This document shows, one piece after another, positions 47,844 to 58,354 of a DNA stretch of 64,000 nucleotides. The notes below the pieces were generated by a model. It was not told where the DNA came from. It made no database searches and was given only the letters and a program-made list of their open reading frames with translations. The position numbers and the translations under genes are program-made. This DNA comes from a phage, in sequence record PX104380.1; one strand, written 5' to 3'. Within the stretch, counting starts at the first letter, position 1; every line of letters begins with the position of its first letter.

Positions 47844-47918
47844 TGGTGGCCCTGGGTGGAATTGAACCACCATCTGGCGATTATGAGTCGCTTGCTTGAA
47901 CCTTCCAGCTACAGGGCC
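47844..47918 (-). tRNA. tRNA with CAU anticodon (Ile2 by position, or Met)
   Basis: 75 nt; anticodon loop CUCAUAA; acceptor GGCCCUG/CAGGGCC; CCA encoded. Confidence 0.75.
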
Positions 47919-47919
47919 T

Positions 47920-47995
47920 TGGTGCTGATTAACGGAATCGAACCGCCGACCTTCTCATTACAAGTGAGTTGCTCTACCTACTGAGCTAAATCAGC
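47920..47995 (-). tRNA. tRNA-Thr (anticodon UGU)
   Basis: 76 nt; anticodon loop CUUGUAA; T-loop UUCGAUU; CCA encoded. Confidence 0.8.
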
Positions 47996-48000
47996 AAAAC

Positions 48001-48090
48001 TGGCGGAGGTGATAGGATTCGAACCTATGAATCGCCGGAGCGACTGCCGGTTTTCAAGACCGGTGCATTCAACCACTCTGCCACACCTCC
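48001..48090 (-). tRNA. tRNA-Ser (anticodon UGA), class II
   Basis: 90 nt; anticodon stem CCGGU/ACCGG, loop CUUGAAA; long variable arm; CCA encoded. Confidence 0.8.
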
Positions 48091-48092
48091 AG

Positions 48093-48166
48093 TCTCCATA
48101 CAAGGATTTGAACCTTGGACCTCCTGATCCCAAATCAGGCGCTCTACCAAACTGAGCTACACGGAG
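48093..48166 (-). tRNA. tRNA-Pro (anticodon UGG)
   Basis: Anticodon stem CCUGA/UCAGG, loop UUUGGGA; C1-G72; 3' CCA not encoded. Confidence 0.8.
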
Positions 48167-48176
48167 TAAATTAAAT

Positions 48177-48250
<74 letters not shown>

Positions 48251-48255
48251 AAATT

Positions 48256-48342
48256 TGGTGCGAGAAGTGGGACTCGAACCCACAAGGAAATCATTCCGCA
48301 GCATTTTAAGTGCTGTGCCTTTACCAATTTGACCATTCTCGC
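48256..48342 (-). tRNA. tRNA-Leu (anticodon UAA), class II
   Basis: 87 nt; anticodon stem CAGCA/UGCUG, loop CUUAAAA; long variable arm; CCA encoded. Confidence 0.8.
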
Positions 48343-48343
48343 G

Positions 48344-48416
48344 CTGGGAATAAAGGACTCGAACCTTTGCATCCTGGAATCAAAATCCAGTGCCTTACCA
48401 ACTTGGCTAATTCCCA
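48344..48416 (-). tRNA. tRNA-Gln (anticodon UUG)
   Basis: 73 nt; U1-A72; anticodon stem CUGGA/UCCAG, loop UUUUGAU; CCA not encoded; 1 nt from tRNA-Leu. Confidence 0.8.
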
Positions 48417-48513
48417 ATTATTAACAAAGGCTCTCAAGCAAGAACCCTTGATGATAGAGGGTATTAATCAGTGCGGTATGAGTTAATAATAACAAATAAT
48501 TCTTAAAGCATAT

Positions 48514-48801
48514 TTACCATTTATGATAATACATATTTACGATGCACTCAAGACCCAAAGGATTCTTGAAAATATCATATTCAAGAGGACCTTTTTCTGT
48601 TTCAATAAAGAAATCAAAATTTACTGTATTAAATTTATGGTCTTCCTTCACTAATTTAACTTGAGAAGATGAACGGTCAATGTAAACTTTTTCAACTTCA
48701 AAACATGTTAAAATACCATAATCATCAATCAAGGCTTTAGCTGCTTCTTGATCATATTTATATCCATTTTCAATGGATGATACTTTTGCATAAAGAATCA
48801 T
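48514..48801 (-). CDS. hypothetical protein
   Basis: 95 aa, tightly coupled to upstream ORF. Confidence 0.5.
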   Translation of the reverse strand: MILYAKVSSIENGYKYDQEAAKALIDDYGILTCFEVEKVYIDRSSSQVKLVKEDHKFNTVNFDFFIETEKGPLEYDIFKNPLGLECIVNMYYHKW

Positions 48802-48804
48802 TAT

Positions 48805-49224
48805 TTACCCTTCATCAACAATAGTATGAGTGTGGGCATTTACAATTTGCCACCAATCAAAGCGATTAGAACCATACATTGGTTTGTTCTCATTTTCTTT
48901 GATAATGTCACGGAGTTCATCTTCGGTAGCGGCTTTCGCGATTAAATCAGCATACCCACCGCGAGGATAATAATTATCACCCGCAAAAAGTAAAAAGTTC
49001 GGTTTAATATTATTGAACTCTTCAAGAGTAATAACTTTTCCTGTCGGTTGAACAATCTCTACATATTTATATCCTAATTTTTGAGCAGCATCTACTGCTT
49101 CAAGCAGGGTATCATGAGCCCATCCAATTTGGCAATCTGGCTTTTCAGATGGATTAGCCTGATAATCCGCGTACACTTTATACATTCTATTCACCTTTAG
49201 AAATTTTATCCATAACGATAGCAA
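48805..49224 (-). CDS. hypothetical protein
   Basis: 139 aa; probable start at internal Met (MYKVYADYQ). Confidence 0.5.
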   Translation of the reverse strand: MLSLWIKFLKVNRMYKVYADYQANPSEKPDCQIGWAHDTLLEAVDAAQKLGYKYVEIVQPTGKVITLEEFNNIKPNFLLFAGDNYYPRGGYADLIAKAATEDELRDIIKENENKPMYGSNRFDWWQIVNAHTHTIVDEG

Positions 49225-49372
49225 TTAAACCAATTAAAAATGCTACTACAAGTGAAAAAACATTTTCTGCTGTAGTCAATAATCCGCATATAAATCCAAC
49301 AAACATTGAAAAACTAAAAGCAGAAGCAGAAATTGCAATAGCAACATTTCGAATTAATTCACAGCGTTTCAT
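49187..49372 (-). CDS. small membrane protein
   Basis: 61 aa, almost entirely hydrophobic; behind an early promoter. Confidence 0.45.
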   Translation of the reverse strand: MKRCELIRNVAIAISASAFSFSMFVGFICGLLTTAENVFSLVVAFLIGLIAIVMDKISKGE

Positions 49373-49400
49373 TTTATTCTCCTCAGTAGTTGATAGGGTA

Positions 49401-49430
49401 ATAGTATCACAACTAAAACCCTATGTAAAC
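49401..49430 (-). promoter_or_regulatory. T4-type early promoter in a stem-loop context
   Basis: Plus atagta at 49401-49406 flanked by inverted repeat tagggt...accctat; tgtaaac at 49424-49430. Confidence 0.5.
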
Positions 49431-49448
49431 AACTTTGTGAAAAATTTA

Positions 49449-49733
49449 TTACAAAAGATTTTTAGCAATAATTTTAAGCTGAGCTACTGAAATATGCTTG
49501 GCTTTAAACAAAGCAGTTTCTTCAGCAGGGGAGATAACGATTGTAGCACCATCTTTCTTAGCGGACCATCCATCACCCAGGTAAACAGTACCTTTGACTT
49601 CTTCGCCATCAACCAGGCTAATCATCGGTTTACCTTCACGTCCTTTGTTTGCTTTAATAACTTCAGAAGTAAGGGTCGCTTCAGTCAAAGTAGAAGCGTT
49701 AGTGGTTGAAGTGAATTCTTGATAAGTTTTCAT
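49449..49733 (-). CDS. ipI: capsid internal protein I-like
   Basis: 94 aa beginning MKTYQEF (capsid-targeting sequence); T4 position of ipI next to 57B; strong early promoter upstream. Confidence 0.7.
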   Translation of the reverse strand: MKTYQEFTSTTNASTLTEATLTSEVIKANKGREGKPMISLVDGEEVKGTVYLGDGWSAKKDGATIVISPAEETALFKAKHISVAQLKIIAKNLL

Positions 49734-49762
49734 TTTATTTTCCTAATTAATTTTGATGAGGT

Positions 49763-49792
49763 AATAGTATCACTACCTCATCAGCATGTAAA
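49763..49792 (-). promoter_or_regulatory. T4-type early promoter in a stem-loop context
   Basis: Plus atagta at 49763-49768 inside inverted repeat tgatgaggta...tacctcatca; tgtaaac at 49786-49792. Confidence 0.5.
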
Positions 49793-49805
49793 CAACTTTG
49801 TGAAA

Positions 49806-50502
<697 letters not shown>

Positions 50503-50503
<1 letters not shown>

Positions 50504-51267
50504 TATAGTACCTTTAGTGTATTTTTAATTTTAGAAAAAAGTTCTTCAAGAGAACCATCGTTTGTAATTACTAAATCGCCATCACGAATTGGCAATCCAG
50601 CTTCTGTAATATGTGTATCATTGGATTTTTGACCAGGACGAACTACATGAATTACTGTAGCACCCATCGCCCTAGCCGCATCCATTTCATGATCTTGACG
50701 AGTATCAGGAACGATATAATAATCATAACCTGAGTTAAATTTATCAAGATAATCTAAAGCAAATAATTTTACCCAGTACATGCGGTCGAAGTTATTAACA
50801 ATCAAATCCGTACCTAGGGCTTGCATCAGACGACGGACTGACCATTGATCTTCAATATTATTTATAACGTCAATAATCTTGTTAAATGCTACGGAATTAA
50901 CTGATTCTTGTCCTTCGTCATCAAAAACAAACACACCCTTAATTGGGCTTTTACCGTTAAGATAGCAAAATGCTTGTTCCATAATCGTGATTACTTCTGA
51001 TTTAGTCAGATTTAAATTAGTCTCACGATCATAGTCAATTCCTTCAAACTCTTTACGAGTTAAGCAAGGATAGTCAGTGTTTTCTGCAAATACGCCCCAT
51101 GCATAAGCCAATGCATCCTTAATAGGACCAGCAAGTTGGTATTTAACTGCAGAATAATTGCTCATGATAAAATCAGCAGTAGTATCTTTTCCACTACGCT
51201 TTACACCGCTTAAAAAGATTAGTTTCATGTGTTTCTCCTCAAATTTAATTAAGATTATAACACACAA
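50503..51267 (-). CDS. 1: deoxynucleoside monophosphate kinase
   Basis: P-loop GVKRSGKDT; internal Met at 51228 gives 241 aa as in T4 gp1. Confidence 0.85.
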
Positions 51268-51277
51268 AACTGAAGCA

Positions 51278-51889
51278 TTAAACTTCCGCTATAATTTTTC
51301 CATCTTTTTCTACTTGAAAATACGTATAAGGAATCGTTGCTGTACATACTAAAGCCGGGTCTGAATCTTCTGTGTAGCTAAATTCTACTTCAGATAGGTC
51401 AGAAACCCAAGGCTTATAAAAATTTATTGACATCACGATTTCAGTTTTGCTATTATCTAAAATGTAAAGCGTAATGTATTCAGGACCTGTTTTTTGGGCA
51501 GTATTTTCACCTGTAAGATAGTTGCTAGTTCCTAGCATCCATTCATACATTCCTATCCATGACTTAAGTTCTTCATCAACTATAAATCTCACGATGAGTG
51601 GATCGTACTCAAATGTAGCACCTGGACGTTGTGCTCGGCCCAGTCCAAACGGCCCAGTCACGGTATCGGTAACAGGTATCCTAATTCCAGGAATAGGAAC
51701 TGACTGAGCATTTAAAGTAAAAGCAGATGTAGTATTACTATGTGGTATTGATACTACAAAGTTAGTTGTATTTGCTTGGTTAAAAATTTGTTGCAGTGCT
51801 TGCGACATATATTCCTCATAATGCTTTATAACTGTTGGTGGTATAATGGGTCTAAGTCCCTTCCATTCAATTCCATTTAGAACAAACAA
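51278..51889 (-). CDS. 3: tail completion / sheath stabiliser protein
   Basis: Internal Met at 51808 gives 176 aa as in T4 gp3; synteny 1-3-2-4. Confidence 0.75.
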   Translation of the reverse strand: MFVLNGIEWKGLRPIIPPTVIKHYEEYMSQALQQIFNQANTTNFVVSIPHSNTTSAFTLNAQSVPIPGIRIPVTDTVTGPFGLGRAQRPGATFEYDPLIVRFIVDEELKSWIGMYEWMLGTSNYLTGENTAQKTGPEYITLYILDNSKTEIVMSINFYKPWVSDLSEVEFSYTEDSDPALVCTATIPYTYFQVEKDGKIIAEV

Positions 51890-51914
51890 CAGAAAAGAAT
51901 GGAAGATAATAGAA

Positions 51915-52739
51915 TTAGATATTTGACCAGACTTTGTTTGCAGAGAAACGTTTTCCTTTTGAAACGAACTGCTGAAGTGGCATTAACACAACGTTCGCCC
52001 AGTCTTTCGGGGCGATTTCAACAAGGCTACCCATAATATTACCGGGGATATATGCCTTAATCATTTGGTCTGCACCCCTAAATCCTTTCACTTGACTCCA
52101 ATCAATTTTTAATTTCGTTTTATTAGTAATAGTAGGTGTATTTGAATATTGCTTTAAAAGCTCTTCTAGAAACTGTTGACGAGCTTTAGGTGGAATATAG
52201 TGCAAGTTTAATCCATACATTAAATTATGCTTACCTAAACCAAGGTAAATTATTAAAGGAAATTTATCCCAGTAAGGAAGAGTTTCCTTGTGTTTAGCAT
52301 CATAAGCAAAAGCATATATTCGTCCCGGCTGCGGGCGAACAACTTTATGTCCTTTTACTTGCTTAATAGTTTCAGCAAACCATTTTCTGGTTTTATTATT
52401 AATTGCTGCACCTTCATTACGAATTTTATCGCGCAATGTTTGTCTGAATGAATTTATCATAAGCAGTTGTCTTTCTTGCTTATTGAGCTTATTCATTGGT
52501 TTTGATTCAAGCTTTTGAATCTTTTCAGCTGTTTTAATTCCTGAAGCATATTTTGACATTGCTGAAGTAAACGTGGAGTATTTGATTCCTCTTTCTTCAG
52601 CAAATTGTTTTCCTGTCATTCCTTTTGCTTTGGCCTTTTTATATTCAAGACCTATTTGAATCCATTTCTTTTCGTTTAATGATTGCTTAACCTTTGGAAC
52701 TTGGGGAGTGCTTTCATTAATTATTTGAAAAATAGCCAT
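51915..52739 (-). CDS. 2: DNA end protector protein
   Basis: 274 aa, same length as T4 gp2; synteny. Confidence 0.8.
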   Translation of the reverse strand: MAIFQIINESTPQVPKVKQSLNEKKWIQIGLEYKKAKAKGMTGKQFAEERGIKYSTFTSAMSKYASGIKTAEKIQKLESKPMNKLNKQERQLLMINSFRQTLRDKIRNEGAAINNKTRKWFAETIKQVKGHKVVRPQPGRIYAFAYDAKHKETLPYWDKFPLIIYLGLGKHNLMYGLNLHYIPPKARQQFLEELLKQYSNTPTITNKTKLKIDWSQVKGFRGADQMIKAYIPGNIMGSLVEIAPKDWANVVLMPLQQFVSKGKRFSANKVWSNI

Positions 52740-53191
52740 TATGCCCCCTTAAAGCCAAGAGCTCGTAATCCATCTTCTGTTAGAATTCTAAATTTTATTC
52801 CACGCTTTTCAGCTAAAGATTGCGCTGCTTTCCATTTGTCGGTGTTAACAGACCAGGTATAAATTTCATTCATAAATCTTTTCTTCGCTGCGGTTGTTAG
52901 ATGCGCCGGTTTAACTGGTGGTTGTGTTTCTTTTTTAGGTTTTATTTCAATAAAAAATTCTTGTCCAGAAGAATCTTTCATCCAAATATCCATGAAGTAT
53001 CTACGTTTTTTCCCTTCTGCATTACAAAAATAAGGAATTACTGCTGTTTCACTACCCCATGCAATAATTTCTGGATTTTTATCTAACCATTCAAAAAAGA
53101 ATTTTTCCCAATTTGATCTATACGTAATTTTTTTAGGGTCACCTCTATATTTTGATATATTTTTAGGAACCCATTTTCCAGAATATGCCAT
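52739..53191 (-). CDS. 4: head completion protein
   Basis: 150 aa, same length as T4 gp4; ATG at 53189-53191 downstream of a minus-strand late promoter. Confidence 0.8.
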   Translation of the reverse strand: MAYSGKWVPKNISKYRGDPKKITYRSNWEKFFFEWLDKNPEIIAWGSETAVIPYFCNAEGKKRRYFMDIWMKDSSGQEFFIEIKPKKETQPPVKPAHLTTAAKKRFMNEIYTWSVNTDKWKAAQSLAEKRGIKFRILTEDGLRALGFKGA

Positions 53192-53202
53192 TGGATTCTC
53201 CT

Positions 53203-53210
53203 TATAAATA
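53203..53210 (+). promoter_or_regulatory. late promoter TATAAATA for gene 53
   Basis: Exact TATAAATA about 30 nt upstream of the gene 53 ATG. Confidence 0.6.
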
Positions 53211-53217
53211 GATAATA

Positions 53218-53225
53218 TATTTATA
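53218..53225 (-). promoter_or_regulatory. late promoter TATAAATA (minus strand) for genes 4-2-3-1
   Basis: Plus tatttata is TATAAATA on the minus strand, about 27 nt upstream of the gene 4 ATG. Confidence 0.55.
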
Positions 53226-53238
53226 AACAGGAGGGCCC

Positions 53239-53829
53239 ATGCTCTTTACATTTTTTGATCCGATTGAATATGCGGCCAAAACGGTGAATAAAAACGCGCC
53301 GACTATTCCTATGACAGATATTTTTAGAAACTATAAAGACTATTTTAAACGCGCTCTTGCGGGATACCGCTTACGTACTTATTATATTAAAGGTTCACCA
53401 CGCCCGGAAGAATTAGCAAATACTATATATGGAAATCCACAGTTGTATTGGGTTTTATTGATGTGTAATGATAATTATGACCCGTATTATGGATGGATTA
53501 CTTCGCAAGAAGCTGCTTATCAAGCATCTATACAAAAATACAAAAACGTAGGTGGAGACCAAATAGTATATCATGTGAATGAGAACGGTGAAAAATTTTA
53601 TAATTTAATATCATACGATGATAATCCATATGTTTGGTATGACAAAGGTGATAAAGCTAGAAAATATCCTCAATATGAAGGAGCACTTGCTGCTGTTAAT
53701 ACGTATGAAGCTGCTGTTCTTGAAAATGAAAAACTTCGTCAAATAAAAATAATAGCAAAATCAGACATCAATTCATTTATGAACGACCTTATACGTATAA
53801 TGGAGAAATCTTATGGAAATGATAAGTAA
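53239..53829 (+). CDS. 53: baseplate wedge protein
   Basis: 196 aa, same length as T4 gp53; first gene of the plus-strand late module. Confidence 0.85.
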   Translation: MLFTFFDPIEYAAKTVNKNAPTIPMTDIFRNYKDYFKRALAGYRLRTYYIKGSPRPEELANTIYGNPQLYWVLLMCNDNYDPYYGWITSQEAAYQASIQKYKNVGGDQIVYHVNENGEKFYNLISYDDNPYVWYDKGDKARKYPQYEGALAAVNTYEAAVLENEKLRQIKIIAKSDINSFMNDLIRIMEKSYGNDK

Positions 53830-55540
53830 TAACCTTAATTGGTTTGTTGGTGTTGTTGAAGATAGAATGGACCCATTAAAATTAGGTCGTGTTCGTGTTC
53901 GTGTGGTTGGTCTGCATCCACCACAAAGAGCACAAGGTGATGTAATGGGTATTCCAACTGAAAAATTACCATGGATGTCAGTTATTCAACCTATAACTTC
54001 TGCAGCAATGTCTGGAATTGGAGGTTCCGTTACTGGACCGGTAGAAGGAACTAGAGTTTATGGTCATTTTTTGGACAAATGGAAAACTAACGGAATTGTT
54101 CTTGGCACGTATGGTGGAATAGTTCGCGAAAAACCGAATAGACTTGAAGGATTTTCTGACCCGACTGGGCAATATCCTAGACGTTTAGGAAATGATACTA
54201 ACGTACTAAACCAAGGCGGAGAAGTAGGATATGATTCGTCTTCTAACATTATCCAAGATAGTAACTTAGACACCGCAATAAATCCCGATGATAGACCACT
54301 ATCAGAGATTCCAACTGATGATAATCCAAATATGTCAATGGCTGAAATGCTTCGCCGTGATGAAGGATTAAGACTAAAAGTTTATTGGGATACAGAAGGA
54401 TATCCGACAATTGGTATTGGTCATCTTATCATGAAGCAGCCAGTTCGTGATATGACCCAAATTAATAAAGTTTTATCAAAACAAGTTGGTCGTGAAATTA
54501 CCGGAAATCCAGGTTCTATTACAATGGAAGAAGCGGTAACTTTATTTGAACGCGATTTGGCTGATATGCAACGTGACATTAAATCACATTCTAAAGTAGG
54601 ACCAGTCTGGCAAGCTGTCAACCGTTCTCGTCAAATGGCATTAGAAAATATGGCATTTCAGATGGGTGTTGGCGGTGTAGCTAAATTTAACACAATGTTA
54701 ACTGCTATGTTAGCAGGAGATTGGGAAAAAGCATATAAAGCCGGTCGTGATTCATTGTGGTATCAACAAACAAAAGGCCGTGCATCCCGTGTTACCATGA
54801 TTATTCTTACGGGGAATTTGGAATCATATGGTGTTGAAGTGAAAACTCCAGCTAGGTCTTTGTCGGCAATGGCTGCTACTGTGGCGAAGTCTTCTGATCC
54901 AGCTGACCCTCCTATTCCAAATGACTCAAGAATTTTATTCAAAGAACCAGTTTCTTCATATAAAGGCGAATATCCTTATGTGCATACAATGGAAACTGAA
55001 AGTGGACATATTCAGGAATTTGATGATACCCCTGGGCAAGAACGATATAGATTAGTTCATCCAACTGGAACTTATGAAGAAGTATCACCGTCAGGGAGAA
55101 GAACAAGAAAAACAGTTGATAATTTATATGATATAACCAACGCTGATGGTAATTTTTTGGTAGCCGGTGATAAAAAGACTAACGTCGGTGGTTCAGAAAT
55201 TTATTATAACATGGATAATCGTCTTCACCAAATAGATGGAAGCAATACAATATTTGTACGTGGCGATGAAACTAAGACGGTTGAAGGTAATGGAACTATC
55301 CTAGTTAAAGGTAATGTTACTATTGTAGTTGAAGGTAATGCTGACATTACAGTTAAAGGAGATGCTACTACTTTAGTTGAAGGAAATCAGACTAATACAG
55401 TAAATGGAAATCTTTCTTGGAAAGTTGCTGGGACAGTTGATTGGGACGTTGGTGGTGATTGGACAGAAAAAATGGCATCTATGAGTTCTATTTCATCTGG
55501 TCAATACACAATTGATGGATCGAGGATTGACATTGGCTAA
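53813..55540 (+). CDS. 5: baseplate hub / cell-puncturing protein with lysozyme domain
   Basis: 575 aa; internal T4-lysozyme-like domain (MAEMLRRDEGLRLKVYWDTEGYPTIGIGHL); C-terminal VxGxxxxx beta-helix repeats. Confidence 0.95.
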   Translation: MEMISNNLNWFVGVVEDRMDPLKLGRVRVRVVGLHPPQRAQGDVMGIPTEKLPWMSVIQPITSAAMSGIGGSVTGPVEGTRVYGHFLDKWKTNGIVLGTYGGIVREKPNRLEGFSDPTGQYPRRLGNDTNVLNQGGEVGYDSSSNIIQDSNLDTAINPDDRPLSEIPTDDNPNMSMAEMLRRDEGLRLKVYWDTEGYPTIGIGHLIMKQPVRDMTQINKVLSKQVGREITGNPGSITMEEAVTLFERDLADMQRDIKSHSKVGPVWQAVNRSRQMALENMAFQMGVGGVAKFNTMLTAMLAGDWEKAYKAGRDSLWYQQTKGRASRVTMIILTGNLESYGVEVKTPARSLSAMAATVAKSSDPADPPIPNDSRILFKEPVSSYKGEYPYVHTMETESGHIQEFDDTPGQERYRLVHPTGTYEEVSPSGRRTRKTVDNLYDITNADGNFLVAGDKKTNVGGSEIYYNMDNRLHQIDGSNTIFVRGDETKTVEGNGTILVKGNVTIVVEGNADITVKGDATTLVEGNQTNTVNGNLSWKVAGTVDWDVGGDWTEKMASMSSISSGQYTIDGSRIDIG

Positions 55541-56069
55541 TATACTTCCAATGAGCGCTGATTTAGGAGAATCCATGGAAGGTTCTTCTATCGACGTCAC
55601 CTTTACCGCTCAATTAGAAACAGGTGAAACGTTAGTATCTATAAATATAACTAGTTACGAAGAAACTCCTGGGGTTTTAGTAGAAGAAAATCGCTTATAT
55701 GGAACATATGAATCTGTGTTTGGATTTGGAAATGACGCGTTGAAATATCGTTTAGGTGATGAATTTAAAACTGTTGCTTCATGGGAAGAACTTCCTACTG
55801 ATTCTGATACTCAGTTGTATTTGTGGAAAGCTCCTCAAAATCTCCAGAAGACATTCACTTACGAAGTAACATTAATATATGACTACCAAGAACAAAGTGA
55901 ATCTGGAGGTTCTGGCAGTAATTCTAGGTCATCTTCTGATACTACTGAACCAACAGATCCTCCTGCTCCAGTAAGAAAAACTCTCGTTAAAAATTATACT
56001 AAAACTATAGTTGGAAATTGGAGTCGTTGGGCTAATAAATTAAGAAGCTATGTGTATGAGAGGTCATAG
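55512..56069 (+). CDS. hypothetical baseplate-region protein (5.1-like)
   Basis: 185 aa between genes 5 and 5.4. Confidence 0.6.
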
Positions 56070-56363
56070 ATGTCAGGATTAAGTTATGATAAATGTGTTA
56101 CTGCTGGTCATGAAGCATGGCCTCCAACAGTTGTGAATGCTACACAAAGTAAAGTATTCACTGGAGGAATTGCTGTTCTCGTAGCAGGCGATCCAATTAC
56201 AGAACATACAGAAATTAAAAAGCCATATGAAACACATGGCGGAGTGACACAACCTAGAACTTCTAAGGTATATGTCACTGGAAAGAAAGCTGTTCAAATG
56301 GCTGATCCAATATCATGCGGTGATACTGTGGCTCAGGCATCATCTAAAGTATTCATTAAATAG
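56070..56363 (+). CDS. 5.4: PAAR-repeat spike tip protein
   Basis: 97 aa, same length and position as T4 gp5.4. Confidence 0.7.
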
Positions 56364-56371
56364 GATTTAAA

Positions 56372-58354
56372 ATGGCAAATACCCCTGTAAATTATCAATT
56401 AACAAGAACAGCAAATGCTATTCCCGAGATATTCGTCGGGGGTACGTTTGCTGAAATAAAACAAAACCTCATTGAATGGCTTAATGGCCAAAATGAATTT
56501 TTGGATTATGATTTTGAAGGCTCAAGATTAAACGTTCTGTGCGACCTTTTAGCTTATAATACATTGTACATTCAGCAGTTTGGTAATGCTGCTGTATATG
56601 AAAGCTTCATGCGTACTGCTAACTTACGAAGTTCAGTTGTTCAGGCTGCACAAGATAACGGATATTTACCTACTTCAAAATCCGCTGCGCAGACCGAAAT
56701 TATGTTAACATGCACCGACGCATTGAATAGAAATTACATTACTATTCCTCGCGGTACTCGCTTTTTAGCATATGCAAAGGATACTTCTGTTAATCCATAT
56801 AACTTCGTTTCTACCGAAGATGTTATTGCTATTCGTGATAAAAATAACCAATATTTTCCACGATTAAAATTAGCTCAAGGACGTATAGTAAGAACTGAAA
56901 TCATTTATGATAAATTAACACCTATTATCATTTATGACAAAAACATAGATAGAAACCAAGTTAAACTATACGTTGATGGAGCAGAATGGATTAACTGGAC
57001 AAGAAAGTCAATGGTTCATGCTGGTTCTACATCAACAATTTACTACATGCGTGAAACTATTGATGGAAACACTGAATTCTATTTTGGCGAAGGTGAAATT
57101 TCTGTTAATGCGGCAGAAGGAGCTCTAACTGCTAACTATATTGGAGGTCTTAAACCTACCCAGAACTCTACTATTGTTATTGAGTACATCAGTACTAACG
57201 GTGCAGATGCGAATGGTGCAGTCGGATTTTCATACGCAGATACATTAACAAATATAACTGTCATCAATATTAACGAAAATCCAAATGATGACCCAGATTT
57301 TGTTGGGGCAGATGGCGGTGGCGATCCAGAAGATATTGAGCGTATTCGCGAATTGGGTACTATTAAACGCGAAACCCAGCAACGCTGCGTAACCGCAACT
57401 GACTATGATACATTTGTCTCAGAAAGATTTGGTTCTATTATTCAAGCTGTTCAGACTTTCACTGATTCTACTAAACCTGGGTATGCATTTATTGCTGCTA
57501 AACCTAAATCAGGACTATATTTAACTACTGTGCAACGTGAAGATATTAAAAATTATCTCAAAGACTATAATTTAGCTCCTATTACGCCATCAATTATTTC
57601 TCCTAATTATCTTTTTATTAAGACTAATTTAAAAGTCACATATGCTTTAAATAAACTACAAGAATCCGAACAGTGGCTTGAAGGTCAAATAATTGATAAA
57701 ATTGATCGCTATTATACCGAAGATGTAGAAATTTTTAACTCATCTTTTGCCAAGTCTAAGATGTTAACTTACGTAGATGATGCAGATCATTCTATCATTG
57801 GTTCATCAGCGACTATTCAAATTGTTCGTGAAGTACAAAACTTCTATAAAACGCCTGAAGCAGGTATTAAATACAATAATCAAATAAAAGATCGTTCTAT
57901 GGAATCTAATACGTTTTCATTTAATTCTGGACGAAAGGTTGTAAATCCTGATACCGGTTTAGAAGAAGATGTATTATATGACGTTCGTATAGTATCAACA
58001 GACCGAGATTCTAAAGGAATTGGTAAAGTTATTATTGGTCCATTTGCTTCTGGCGATGTTACAGAAAATGAAAACATTCAGCCGTATACAGGCAACGATT
58101 TTAACAAATTAGCAAATTCTGATGGACGCGACAAATACTATGTTATCGGTGAAATAAATTATCCAGCTGACATGATTTATTGGAATATCGCTAAAATTAA
58201 TTTAACATCTGAAAAATTTGAAGTTCAGACTATTGAATTATATTCTGACCCAACCGATGATGTTATCTTTACTCGCGATGGTTCACTGATTGTATTTGAA
58301 AATGACTTACGTCCACAATACTTAACTATCGATTTGGAGCCTATATCACAATGA
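56372..58354 (+). CDS. 6: baseplate wedge protein
   Basis: 660 aa, same length as T4 gp6; synteny. Confidence 0.9.
   Translation: MANTPVNYQLTRTANAIPEIFVGGTFAEIKQNLIEWLNGQNEFLDYDFEGSRLNVLCDLLAYNTLYIQQFGNAAVYESFMRTANLRSSVVQAAQDNGYLPTSKSAAQTEIMLTCTDALNRNYITIPRGTRFLAYAKDTSVNPYNFVSTEDVIAIRDKNNQYFPRLKLAQGRIVRTEIIYDKLTPIIIYDKNIDRNQVKLYVDGAEWINWTRKSMVHAGSTSTIYYMRETIDGNTEFYFGEGEISVNAAEGALTANYIGGLKPTQNSTIVIEYISTNGADANGAVGFSYADTLTNITVININENPNDDPDFVGADGGGDPEDIERIRELGTIKRETQQRCVTATDYDTFVSERFGSIIQAVQTFTDSTKPGYAFIAAKPKSGLYLTTVQREDIKNYLKDYNLAPITPSIISPNYLFIKTNLKVTYALNKLQESEQWLEGQIIDKIDRYYTEDVEIFNSSFAKSKMLTYVDDADHSIIGSSATIQIVREVQNFYKTPEAGIKYNNQIKDRSMESNTFSFNSGRKVVNPDTGLEEDVLYDVRIVSTDRDSKGIGKVIIGPFASGDVTENENIQPYTGNDFNKLANSDGRDKYYVIGEINYPADMIYWNIAKINLTSEKFEVQTIELYSDPTDDVIFTRDGSLIVFENDLRPQYLTIDLEPISQ

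Noticed and set aside
53978-54621. Minus-strand ORFs inside gene 5
   Set aside because: Antisense to the well-supported gene 5 frame
55270-55440. Nucleotide-level periodic repeat in the 3' part of gene 5
   Set aside because: This is the coding sequence of the gp5 C-terminal beta-helix octapeptide repeats, not an independent repeat element
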